Positions 41,701 through 50,083 of a stretch of 64,000 bases of DNA are shown here, piece after piece (positions within the stretch are counted from its first letter, which is position 1; every line of letters begins with the position of its first letter). The DNA is taken from positions 256,001-320,000 of the IMG/VR virus record IMGVR_UViG_3300037313_001869; one strand, 5' to 3'. This DNA is from a virus (lineage: Duplodnaviria; Caudoviricetes). The translations under genes were made by a program, and so were the position numbers. The notes beneath the pieces were generated by a model. That model saw only the letters and a program-made list of their open reading frames with translations. It was not told the DNA's origin and did no database searches.

Positions 41701-41767
41701 GGATCGACAAGGGGACGGGCAAGACCGGTACTTTTTCATGGTGTAGTCCTGACCCAACATTCGATCC
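41701..41767 (-). ncRNA. Y-RNA-like ncRNA 8 (minimal)
   Basis: GGATCGAATG..GGACTACAC ... CTTGTCGATCC. Confidence 0.7.
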
Positions 41768-41843
41768 GGTTGCGGGCACGGGGAATCGAACCCCGCTGTC
41801 TCCGGCGTATGAAACCGGCGTAGAAGCCGCTTTACTCGCCCGC
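41768..41843 (-). tRNA. tRNA-Met(CAT)
   Basis: loop TTCATAC. Confidence 0.78.
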
Positions 41844-41844
41844 A

Positions 41845-41914
41845 GCACGTCCAGAAGGAATCGAACCCTCGCCGCCGGAGTTGGAAACCGGTTGGTCACC
41901 TTGACCTTGGACGT
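41845..41914 (-). tRNA. tRNA-Trp(CCA)
   Basis: loop TTCCAAC, short D arm. Confidence 0.78.
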
Positions 41915-41961
41915 AGATGCCCTCCGAGACCCAAGGTACAGAACCAGAAGTCCCGGAAGGA

Positions 41962-42046
41962 GTGGGCCGCCAGGGAATCGAACCCTGCTAGTCCGCGAAG
42001 GACGACACGTTTACAGCGTGTTTGAGCTTCCAAGCTCCCGCGACCC
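41962..42046 (-). tRNA. tRNA-Tyr(GTA)
   Basis: loop CTGTAAA, long variable arm. Confidence 0.85.
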
Positions 42047-42094
42047 GAATGACCCCCTTGCGGGGGTGGAGTTGAATCGGCCCCCTTGGGGACC

Positions 42095-42169
42095 GGAGCT
42101 GGCGATGGGAGTCGAACCCACCTGGTCCTCTTTACGAAAGAGGTGCGCTCCCACGAGTGCTACACCAGC
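42095..42169 (-). tRNA. tRNA-Thr(CGT)
   Basis: loop TTCGTAA. Confidence 0.87.
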
Positions 42170-42223
42170 ATTCACCGGGGCTGCAACCCCGGGCCATCGT
42201 ACCGTTGCAGCAGTACGACAGCA

Positions 42224-42296
42224 GAGCCCCGTCCCGGAATCGAACCGAGTTTTCCGCGTTACAAAGGCGGCGCCTCACCATTTAGGCGTAAGGGGC
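42224..42296 (-). tRNA. tRNA-Thr(TGT)
   Basis: loop TTTGTAA. Confidence 0.83.
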
Positions 42297-42390
42297 AATC
42301 AGCTCCCGTAAGGGAGCGGCCCTGCGCCCGAAGGAGCAGGGGGTGAGAAGTCAGCACCAGTCCCTAACTTCATGAAGGACCGAATGCCTA

Positions 42391-42464
42391 GCTCCGAGGG
42401 AGGGAGTCGAACCCCCGCTGACAGAAGTTAACAGCTTCTCGCTCTACCGCTGAGCTACCCCGGA
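42391..42464 (-). tRNA. tRNA-Asn(GTT)
   Basis: loop CTGTTAA. Confidence 0.9.
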
Positions 42465-42471
42465 ATGACTG

Positions 42472-42642
42472 TAAAGAACACTGACCGGTCGACCACTTGG
42501 GGAGGTCGGGACGGTCGGGGACGTACACGAGCGCCTCGTCGTCGGGCAGCTCCTCGATGAGCACGTCATCGAAGGGCACGCCGAACGCCGTAGCATACTT
42601 CCGCCGCAGCTTCGCGGCTTCGGTTCGGCAGTTGGCGCTCAC
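42472..42642 (-). CDS. small hypothetical protein; ends at TTA just before tRNA-Asn
   Basis: AGGAGG SD plus GTG; TTA at 42474-42472. Confidence 0.55.
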
Positions 42643-42687
42643 CCCCCTCCTAGACACCGGAGGGGGCGGGACTCTGACAGAGATTTT

Positions 42688-42903
42688 TCAGGCGTCGCCA
42701 CGGGCCGCGCCAGGAAAGCGCAGAGCGTGGGAGTGCTTGGCGAACTTCTCGCCGAAGAGGGTCTTGATCATCCAGTAGTCCTCGGCCCTCTCGGCCGCCT
42801 CGCACTCGGGGCAGCCCTTCATATGCTCGACGTGGGCAAGGATCTCCTCGTCCGAAGAGGTGGCAGTCGGGGCGGGGTAGGTGCAGGGAGCGATGGTCTT
42901 CAT
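42688..42903 (-). CDS. small Zn-finger (anti-sigma ZAS-like) protein
   Basis: HVEHMKGCPEC. Confidence 0.5.
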   Translation of the reverse strand: MKTIAPCTYPAPTATSSDEEILAHVEHMKGCPECEAAERAEDYWMIKTLFGEKFAKHSHALRFPGAARGDA

Positions 42904-42964
42904 GCCCCATCAGTCGCAAGAACCCCCGCCGAGATTACACCCCTCGGTCGATTTTTCTCTGCCG

Positions 42965-43041
42965 TGGCTGTGGGGGTAGGAGTCGAACCTACGGAATCGC
43001 GGTTAACAGCCGCGCCGATGTACCGGCACATCAGCCCCACA
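42965..43041 (-). tRNA. tRNA-Asn(GTT)
   Basis: loop CTGTTAA, GCCA. Confidence 0.83.
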
Positions 43042-43269
43042 AAAAGAGAGGCTCGCCCCCGCCTCACGGCGGAGACAAGCGCCCTCCCGGACCCGGTGTT
43101 ACCCAGGCCCTTCTTTCTTGTAAACCATGCAGGGGAGGTGCGTGCTCCTGCCTGTCTCGCCCGCTGGAGCCCCCAGTAGAGTCGGGGTCGATCACCGCAA
43201 CGAGACGTTTCGGCCCTAACCCCCCAAACGGGGAGCGTCGGTGGCCGTGGCAAGCCGTCCTAGCCCTGT

Positions 43270-43286
43270 CAGATTGTCAAAGGTCA
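43270..43286 (-). promoter_or_regulatory. boxA-like antitermination site
   Basis: TGACCTTTGACAATCTG resembles rrn boxA; lies near the 5' end of the tRNA array. Confidence 0.5.
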
Positions 43287-43311
43287 GTCCCCGCGCCCGA
43301 AGGAGGGGGAG

Positions 43312-43387
43312 TGGAACCAGGAGCACGACTCGAACGCGCCTTCCGAGGGTCAGAACCTCGTGTCTTTGCCGGATAGACGATCCTGGT
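43312..43387 (-). tRNA. tRNA-Gln(CTG)
   Basis: loop TTCTGAC, CCA. Confidence 0.82.
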
Positions 43388-43402
43388 AGATGCAAACGCT
43401 GA

Positions 43403-43477
43403 TGGTCGGGGGCACGGGAATCGAACCCGCCTCTCTCAGGTTAAGAGCCTGCTGCGTCACCTTGACGCCAACCCCCA
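43403..43477 (-). tRNA. tRNA-Lys(CTT)
   Basis: loop CTCTTAA, CCA. Confidence 0.83.
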
Positions 43478-43485
43478 ATAGGGTC

Positions 43486-43559
43486 GGTGGGACGCACCAG
43501 AATCGAACTGGCCCCTTGAGGATTAAAAGTCCCCTGCACCACCTTGGTGCTAACGTCCC
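43486..43559 (-). tRNA. tRNA-Lys(TTT)
   Basis: loop CTTTTAA. Confidence 0.87.
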
Positions 43560-43739
43560 GTCCTTTCGTAGCCCGCCTTCGCGGGCTTGCGCTTCTGTTT
43601 ACGTTTCATGGCGAGGCTTCCTGACGAAGGTTTTTGCAGGAGTTTCGAGCACTTACGGAAGATACACGTCTCCCGTGGCGCGCAGACGCGCGCAGACAAC
43701 ACCGCTAGCGGACGGGGTTTTTCTCGGCGTAAACCCCTA

Positions 43740-44045
43740 GAACGCCGAAGGCCGCCTCTGGTCGGAACCAGGGCGGCCTTCGCGAGCGAGATCAGGTCTC
43801 TCGTCTCTCTCGGCCGCCCTAGTTACCCACCTCCGGGTTGGCATGATTCGAGGTGGGATACGAGGGCGTCTGAATCTGGGCAAAACCGGCAAGGAGGACG
43901 CGCTTCTCTTCCCCGGCGCTCAGAACGCACCAATCCGCCTTCGCCATCGAGGCGACCAGGGCGGTTTTGGTGGAGAGCGAGAGGGTTGAGGACACGTAGA
44001 CTCCGAAGAAGGGTTCTGCTGCTGCTCAGGACCACCTAACACCGG
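43740..44045 (-). promoter_or_regulatory. putative attenuator leader of the tRNA array
   Basis: CGGTGTT promoter motif; ORF ending PGGG-TAA; AGGGCGGCC can pair with the 5' arm of hairpin GAAGGCCGCCCTGG/CCAGAGGCGGCCTTC. Confidence 0.5.
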
Positions 44046-44153
44046 GTCGCGAGACCAGCAAGAACTTTCTTACCGGTGGGTGCGAAGGGTAGGCTAAGGT
44101 AAGGCTCGCTAAGCGGGACTTACTCGTCCTGTAGAGACCGAAATATAGAAACT

Positions 44154-44819
44154 TTACGCAACCTGATTTGCAAGTCGCACGGGGCCGAGGAAGGTGCCGT
44201 TGAACTCGTCTGCCATGGCCCCCTCTCCGAGCAGGCCGGCCGTGCAGAACCCCACCTGAAAGAGGGTCGATGCAAAAGGAGTCCACGCGGACGTGGGCGG
44301 AGAGGCCCAGCTCTGAAGGACCCCGTTGACCTCCAGGGTGGCGTACTGGTTACCGGACACAGGCGCGGTCGCGTTCCACCGGAGCCGGATCTGGTAGCTG
44401 TAGCCCTCGTCCATGGCGTCGCCGCTTGGAGTGCTCAGCCCCACGGTTACGCCCCCGGCGTCCACGATCATCACATAGGGACGGTTGCTCGTGTCGAGCA
44501 GCAGAAGGATGAAGCCGAGTGGGGCGTCGGGATCGTTCAGAAGGGAGGCAAGGGCCATGTCCGTCCCGGGCGTACCCGTGGTGATGGTCATGTCGAGCGT
44601 GCCCTTGGTCGCCACGTAGTTGGCGGGCAGGGGGGCGTGCCCCGACGAACGAGCGAGGGCAATGAGCCCAGGCACCGGACGGTTCACGACGAGCGTGCCC
44701 CAGGTCGGACCCCCCGGCGTCGACTCGCCAGTCTGGTGAACATCGACGATCAAACCGCTCGGAGCATGGAAGAAGGTAGGGGTCGCCACAGGACACGAGA
44801 TCCAAAAGAGCTTTAGCAA
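44154..44819 (-). CDS. beta-rich hypothetical protein (possible structural)
   Basis: Gly/Thr/Pro-rich 221-aa ORF; start uncertain. Confidence 0.55.
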   Translation of the reverse strand: MLKLFWISCPVATPTFFHAPSGLIVDVHQTGESTPGGPTWGTLVVNRPVPGLIALARSSGHAPLPANYVATKGTLDMTITTGTPGTDMALASLLNDPDAPLGFILLLLDTSNRPYVMIVDAGGVTVGLSTPSGDAMDEGYSYQIRLRWNATAPVSGNQYATLEVNGVLQSWASPPTSAWTPFASTLFQVGFCTAGLLGEGAMADEFNGTFLGPVRLANQVA

Positions 44820-44844
44820 AAGCTCTTTTGCGTCGCGGTCTTAC

Positions 44845-45465
44845 ATGAACGAGCCCACGACAGCCCAGGTCGAGACCATGCTGAGGACGGCGTCCGACGC
44901 CGCCGGGACGGGCGGGCCCGTCTTCCGGTCGCAGGTCTTCGGCAACCCCTGGGACCGGTTCGTCGAGTCTTGGACGCCCCGGATCTACCGCTTCGTTGCC
45001 GAGGCCCTCGGGCCCTACGGTACCCGCCCGCTGCCCGACATTCTCCCGCTCGCCGAGGGGATGCACGCAGCCGGGGCCACGGCGAGCTTCGACATGCGCT
45101 CGGGTCAGGTGCGGCTCGCCACCTCGACCGAGGGCAACCCGGGCCAGATCCTCGAAAAGCTCTGCCACGAGTTCACCCACGGCGCCCTCGCGAACTTCCC
45201 CGAGGGAGATCCTTTCTACGAAGAGGGGTTCGTCGACTACTCGGTCTGGGTGATGGCGCACGCGCCCATGTGGGGGCAGTTTCGTCAGGCCATGATCGAC
45301 GCGGCGTCCTTCAACATCAAGATGCGCCGCGAGCGGGCTCTCGTCACCCAGACCGACTACGATCGAAAGAGGTGGGCCGGCGGGCTCTACGCCTCGATCG
45401 CCTACGGCCCCATGATCATCGCTCGCCTCCGCAACAAGAAGCTCTCCGAGGACCTGACGTGGTAG
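44845..45465 (+). CDS. zincin-like metallopeptidase
   Basis: LCHEFTHG and YEEGFVDY. Confidence 0.7.
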   Translation: MNEPTTAQVETMLRTASDAAGTGGPVFRSQVFGNPWDRFVESWTPRIYRFVAEALGPYGTRPLPDILPLAEGMHAAGATASFDMRSGQVRLATSTEGNPGQILEKLCHEFTHGALANFPEGDPFYEEGFVDYSVWVMAHAPMWGQFRQAMIDAASFNIKMRRERALVTQTDYDRKRWAGGLYASIAYGPMIIARLRNKKLSEDLTW

Positions 45466-45722
45466 CCGAAGGGTGGTTCGTCTACATCCTCGACAGCCCC
45501 AACGGCAAGGGGTTCTACACGGGGATGACGAACAACCCCGAGCGCCGGCTCGCCCAGCACAACGCCGGCAAGGGGGCCCGCTTCACCCGAGGCACGGGCC
45601 CCTGGCGGATCGTCTACCTCGAACCTGCGGCCTCGAAGTCCGACGCCCTGCGACGGGAGGCGGCCATCAAGCGCCTCACCCGGGCCGGCAAGAAGTCCCT
45701 CATCGCCAGGTACCAACCATGA
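45459..45722 (+). CDS. GIY-YIG nuclease (UPF0213/YhbQ-like)
   Basis: WFVYIL..FYTGMTNNPERRLAQHNAGKGARFTR. Confidence 0.88.
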   Translation: MVAEGWFVYILDSPNGKGFYTGMTNNPERRLAQHNAGKGARFTRGTGPWRIVYLEPAASKSDALRREAAIKRLTRAGKKSLIARYQP

Positions 45723-46432
45723 CCGACCCGCTCGCCCTCCGCGTCGCTCGACTCTTTCTCGCTCGCACGGTCCCGATCGACAAGCCGGCCATCAAGCGCC
45801 TGGCCGAGAGCCTGGCCGAGGGGCTCAAGAAGGAGCTGGGCAAGATGAGCCCCGACGAGCCGGTGGGCGACGACATCCTCGTGCCGGAGACCTTCCGCCT
45901 GCGGAAGGTGGTGGGGGGCGAGATCCTGATCCGGGTCACCCTGATGACGGAACCGAGCCCGAGCGGAAACCTCGTCACCGACAGCGTCTACACGATCAAC
46001 GAGAGGGGCAACCTGCTCGGCGTCACCGTCAACGGCCGGGGGTCGGTCAAGGCGATGCTCCTTGCGATCCGGACCGGGATGCTTGCGGGCGAGGTCTATA
46101 CCGCCCTCCTCCATGAGCTGACCCATGCCGCCGACAAGATCCACGGCGTGCAGGATGAAGAGGCGATGCGCTCAGACCCCCGGCTCTACTACAACCAGCC
46201 GGGCGAGGTTCGGGCCTACACCCAGGAGATCGTCGAGCAAGCGCTCGAAGCCGCCCGGCAGCTTGTCAAGAACCCGGCCAAGCGGACCCCCAAGCTCGCC
46301 CAGACGGCGCTGATGGTGAGCGAGACGTGGGGCAAGATCAAAAAGTACCTCTCGCCCCAGAACGCCCAGAAGATCATGAAGACGGTCTACCAGGTGCTCG
46401 ACCGCGAAGGGCTGCTTTCGCCCGAGGTCTGA
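45719..46432 (+). CDS. RVAR-motif protein with HExxH
   Basis: MTDPLALRVARLF; LLHELTHA; YYNQPGEVRAY. Confidence 0.75.
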   Translation: MTDPLALRVARLFLARTVPIDKPAIKRLAESLAEGLKKELGKMSPDEPVGDDILVPETFRLRKVVGGEILIRVTLMTEPSPSGNLVTDSVYTINERGNLLGVTVNGRGSVKAMLLAIRTGMLAGEVYTALLHELTHAADKIHGVQDEEAMRSDPRLYYNQPGEVRAYTQEIVEQALEAARQLVKNPAKRTPKLAQTALMVSETWGKIKKYLSPQNAQKIMKTVYQVLDREGLLSPEV

Positions 46433-46556
46433 GCCCTCGACCGATTTCTGGAAAAAAGGCCGGCCCTCATCCGTTGTCAGAACCACGGGGGCTGACGGCT
46501 CCCACGAGCAGAGACGACAGGGCGAAGCGGCAGGGCGCCTCAGCGAAGTCCCCCGC

Positions 46557-46719
46557 AGCTACCCAGGTGGGCAGCCCCCAGAAAGGTGCGACATACGATG
46601 GATTAGACGACGCGGGTGGTCCCCGCCGGCAAGACGGTCCCCAGCAAGAGCAACCCAGATTGGGCAACGCCCGGAAAGGCGAAACACACGATGGATTAGA
46701 GGATGCGGGTGGCCCCCGC
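46557..46719. repeat. two imperfect ~70-nt direct repeats in a non-coding gap
   Basis: acccag..gaaagg..acgatggattaga..gcgggtgg(t/c)ccccgc twice, ~92 nt apart. Confidence 0.75.
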
Positions 46720-46809
46720 GAGAAGATCGAACGGGTGTGGTGAGCAACCCCGGAAGGCTCACCGAACGGCGCGAAGGAGGCATGACCCTCCTCTCGGGCC
46801 GTTCGTGCT

Positions 46810-47100
46810 TCAGCCGACCCGATCGAAGCGGTTACCCGGGCTCGGGTTCGGTGGCGGAAAGATGCGCGTCGCCGGCCCCTTCACATGCAGCTCATAGACC
46901 TCGTACCCCCGGATGAGGCCCTCCCGAACCCGAAGCACCGTGACGGTTGAAACACACCCCCGCAGAGGCTCCCGGGTCCCATCCTGGGAAACGGAATACA
47001 CATCGCCGTCCACGATCGCCAGGCCCCCGTTGGGGGCGCGGAGAATCCCGTTCCAGAAGAAGAGGTCTTCGGTCAGAGTCGGGTCATCCGGGGTCTCCAT
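46810..47100 (-). CDS. hypothetical protein with C-terminal NRFDRVG
   Basis: ORF downstream of methyltransferase. Confidence 0.55.
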   Translation of the reverse strand: METPDDPTLTEDLFFWNGILRAPNGGLAIVDGDVYSVSQDGTREPLRGCVSTVTVLRVREGLIRGYEVYELHVKGPATRIFPPPNPSPGNRFDRVG

Positions 47101-47935
47101 CGTCGTCTCCAAGCTGCTCGATGAGCCGACCGATATCGGTCCGGTCGTCAGCCTGAATCCTTGACACCGTCTTCTCGAACGTCTCTGGGTCTTGCTCGAC
47201 GATCACGAACCGCCGGCCGTGCTTGCGAGCGGCGAAGGCAGCCGTTCCCGACCCGGCGAACGGGTCGAGCACCCACTCGCCCCGCTCGGTATGGGCGAGG
47301 ATCGGGATCTCGTAGAGCTTCTCGGGCTTCTGGTTGACGTGGACCTTGCCCCGGAGGATCTCGGTCACGTCCGTCCAGACCGTCGTGCGCCGGAGGTACT
47401 CGCTCTTCGCCGGGTATTTGGCGTTGTAACCGGCATACCCCCGCTTCTCGTCGAGCAAAGGGACCTCGAAGCGCCGGGGCTTCTTCGCGTCCCCAAGCAC
47501 AAGGTAGGCGACCTCTTCCCGAGCAAAGAGGTAGCTCCACTGGATGCCGTAGCCACGCTTCTTCGCCCAGGTGATCGGGGCGGGGAGCGAGTAGGGCGTA
47601 TGGTTCTCTACGTCGGCGAGGTACCGGAAGTAGGGACGGAAGGACCTGCGCCCCTCCTCCTTCATCCGGCCCACGCCGCCCCAGACGTAGAGGGCCGCGC
47701 CGGGGAGGCTCAGCCGGGCGATATCGTTGGTCCAGCCGAACATCCAGCGAGCGAACTGGTGGTCATCGCCCCGGACTCGATCCCACTCCTCGCCCACGAT
47801 GTTGCCGTAGGGCGGGTCGGCGATGACGAGAGGCAGGGGGCCGGCGTGACGCGAAATGGCTTCGAGGACGGCGGGGTCCGGGAACGAGCCCAGGATCGCA
47901 ACGCCGTCCTCGAAGAGAACTTCCCGGACGGTCAT
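47084..47935 (-). CDS. DNA N4/N6 methyltransferase
   Basis: ADPPY, HVNQKP, DPFAGSGT. Confidence 0.88.
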   Translation of the reverse strand: MTVREVLFEDGVAILGSFPDPAVLEAISRHAGPLPLVIADPPYGNIVGEEWDRVRGDDHQFARWMFGWTNDIARLSLPGAALYVWGGVGRMKEEGRRSFRPYFRYLADVENHTPYSLPAPITWAKKRGYGIQWSYLFAREEVAYLVLGDAKKPRRFEVPLLDEKRGYAGYNAKYPAKSEYLRRTTVWTDVTEILRGKVHVNQKPEKLYEIPILAHTERGEWVLDPFAGSGTAAFAARKHGRRFVIVEQDPETFEKTVSRIQADDRTDIGRLIEQLGDDDGDPG

Positions 47936-47957
47936 GGCCCGGGAGGCTAGCACACCC

Positions 47958-49187
47958 TCAGCGGCAGCGGGCCGTCAAGGTCCAGCCGGCGTGCTTGAGC
48001 CGGTGGCTGTAGACCTCTTCGAGGGCGTCCTTCACCTTGTTCTTGAAGACCTTCTGCCAGAAGGGCTGCAAGATCGGCCCCTCGCCCTTCTGCTCACGAT
48101 GCTTTTCGAGCATCGCCAGGAAGGGCAGCTCCTTGTTGTGGAGGATCTCGCCGTCGCTCTTGTTGTCGAGCAGCATATCGAAGTAGAGGGGCAGGTCCTT
48201 GACCATCTGCTTGCGAATGTCGGCGGGGATCTCCCGCTTGCCGCCCGCCTCGTCCGACAGGTCCTCGAAGAACTCGGTCGCCTGCGACAGCTCGATGATG
48301 AGCGACGAAGGCTCGCTCGTCAGGGCATCGAGAAGGGGGTGAAGCAGAGCGAGCACGCCGGTCTTGCGCGACCGAGAGAGGTCGACGGTCTTGCCCGACG
48401 GCACCTTCTTCAGGATCTTCGAGAGGGCCGGGTCCTGGAGCGTGCGGAAGGCAAGCGGGTAGCTCTTGCCGTTCACCTTGATCGAGACCTCCCGAGGGTT
48501 CTTGACCGTCAGCTCGATCTTGGGCGCGTCCGGCCGGCTCGCGTCGACCTGGCTGAGCAGGTCGTCGATCTCGCTCACGCTGAGCGCCTTGCTCAGATTC
48601 TCGCGGACCTCGTCGAGCCGCTCCTCGCTCATCACGTCGTCGAGGTAGCCCCACTGGTTCGGGTCGGCGATGACGCGCTCGACGTTCTTCCCCTCGTCGT
48701 CCGTCTCGGTCATCGACACGTCTCGGTCCTGGCTCCGGAGGATGTCGAGCGCCCGGTTTTGCATCGACCGGAGCGTGTAGCCCTGCGCCTGAGAGAGGTT
48801 CTTGCCCTTCAGGCCCGCGAGAAACGAGGCGTTCTCCTGGGGGTCGAACATCTTGAGGAGCAGCTCCATCACGACCTCTTCGGCGAGGTCGGGGTTCCGG
48901 AACTTGGCGAGCAGGGCCTTGTAGACCTTGTTGCCGAAGTCCCTGGCCTCCGACCCTCCGTAGGTCCGGTAGACCTTCTGGATGTCCCGGACCTCCTTGA
49001 TCGGCTTCGCCGGCTCGGGCATCCCCTCGACCCCCGCGAGGTAGAAGTAGCCGTAGAGCACGCCCCCGAGGTCGTGCTGGATCGACGACAGCTTGACGAG
49101 GAGGTTGGCAAGACGGTAGCCCCACGGGAGCGAGGCGTAGACCTTGCGGCGGAGGTTTTCGGCGGCGGCAGCGAGGCGAAGGGACAT
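47958..49187 (-). CDS. sigma70/ECF region-2-like protein
   Basis: DLAEEVVMELLLK...YTLRSMQNRALDILR. Confidence 0.55.
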   Translation of the reverse strand: MSLRLAAAAENLRRKVYASLPWGYRLANLLVKLSSIQHDLGGVLYGYFYLAGVEGMPEPAKPIKEVRDIQKVYRTYGGSEARDFGNKVYKALLAKFRNPDLAEEVVMELLLKMFDPQENASFLAGLKGKNLSQAQGYTLRSMQNRALDILRSQDRDVSMTETDDEGKNVERVIADPNQWGYLDDVMSEERLDEVRENLSKALSVSEIDDLLSQVDASRPDAPKIELTVKNPREVSIKVNGKSYPLAFRTLQDPALSKILKKVPSGKTVDLSRSRKTGVLALLHPLLDALTSEPSSLIIELSQATEFFEDLSDEAGGKREIPADIRKQMVKDLPLYFDMLLDNKSDGEILHNKELPFLAMLEKHREQKGEGPILQPFWQKVFKNKVKDALEEVYSHRLKHAGWTLTARCR

Positions 49188-49244
49188 GTCAAAATCGTCC
49201 CGCGGATAAGTACAAATTTGCCAGCCCCGGTGTAGCCTTCGAGC

Positions 49245-49775
49245 ATGGCGAACTACGGCTACGTCCACATGAAGAAGAAGCTCAAGCGAGACGAGATGCT
49301 GCCTCTTCTGCGCGAGACGATCGCGAAGATGCTGCCCGGGCCGTGGGAGGTGAAGGAGACCGACTGGGACGACGAAGGCCCGGTGTGGTTCGTCTTTCTG
49401 CCCGGCACGGCCCAAGACCGGGAGGGGGCTCGCAAGATGGCCCTCGCCCCGGGGCAGGACGTAGGCTTCCCGGTCGCCCTCCAGGGCGGAGGCAAGCGGC
49501 TCGCCTTCCGGCACATGATCAACTTCTTCGAGTCCTGGGCCCAGGGCCGGATCGAGGAAGAGCTGGGCGAACAGTTCGGCGTCGGCGTCGAATACGACGC
49601 GACCGACGAGACCTACGCGCCGACCCGGCGCGAATACCGCCGGGGCAAGACCTACTTCGAGTACCTCTCGCGCAATTTCGACAAGCCCCTGTCGAAGGAG
49701 GACGAGGAGTTTCTGAACGGCCGCTTCCGCGAGATGGCCCCGCCCGGCTTCTGGCGTGGCGAGGAGTTCGGCTGA
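49245..49775 (+). CDS. hypothetical protein
   Basis: CGGTGTA-N10-ATG. Confidence 0.75.
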   Translation: MANYGYVHMKKKLKRDEMLPLLRETIAKMLPGPWEVKETDWDDEGPVWFVFLPGTAQDREGARKMALAPGQDVGFPVALQGGGKRLAFRHMINFFESWAQGRIEEELGEQFGVGVEYDATDETYAPTRREYRRGKTYFEYLSRNFDKPLSKEDEEFLNGRFREMAPPGFWRGEEFG

Positions 49776-50083
49776 TGGCCCTGATGACCCCGATCGAAAA
49801 CGTCCTCGGCGATCAGCTCGAAGCCTGGGCTGACCAGTATGTCCGGCTCTTCCGGGACGTTCGCGGCCAGGCGGGCATCGTAGGCATCCACCGGGCGAGG
49901 CTCGGGCCGCAGACGCGCACCTTCACGGGCGAGTTTCGCTACCACGTCTGGGAGAACGAGCGCTGGGCTGTCTACGTCTCCTCGACCCGGGGCGCGTGCT
50001 TCCATGTCCCTGAAGGCACTTCGGCCCAGGACGCCTTGCGTGCCTGGGCCGAGTACGAAAAGAAGCTTCGGAACAAGGGCTAA
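49775..50083 (+). CDS. hypothetical protein
   Basis: TGATG coupling; MALMTPIEN. Confidence 0.65.
   Translation: MALMTPIENVLGDQLEAWADQYVRLFRDVRGQAGIVGIHRARLGPQTRTFTGEFRYHVWENERWAVYVSSTRGACFHVPEGTSAQDALRAWAEYEKKLRNKG

Noticed and set aside
10605-43559. Suppressor tRNAs or stop-to-sense recoding
   Set aside because: No CTA, TTA or TCA anticodons found; TAA, TAG and TGA all end conserved genes normally.
37219-46719. CRISPR array
   Set aside because: No identical, regularly spaced repeats and no cas genes; the repeats are dispersed RNA motifs.
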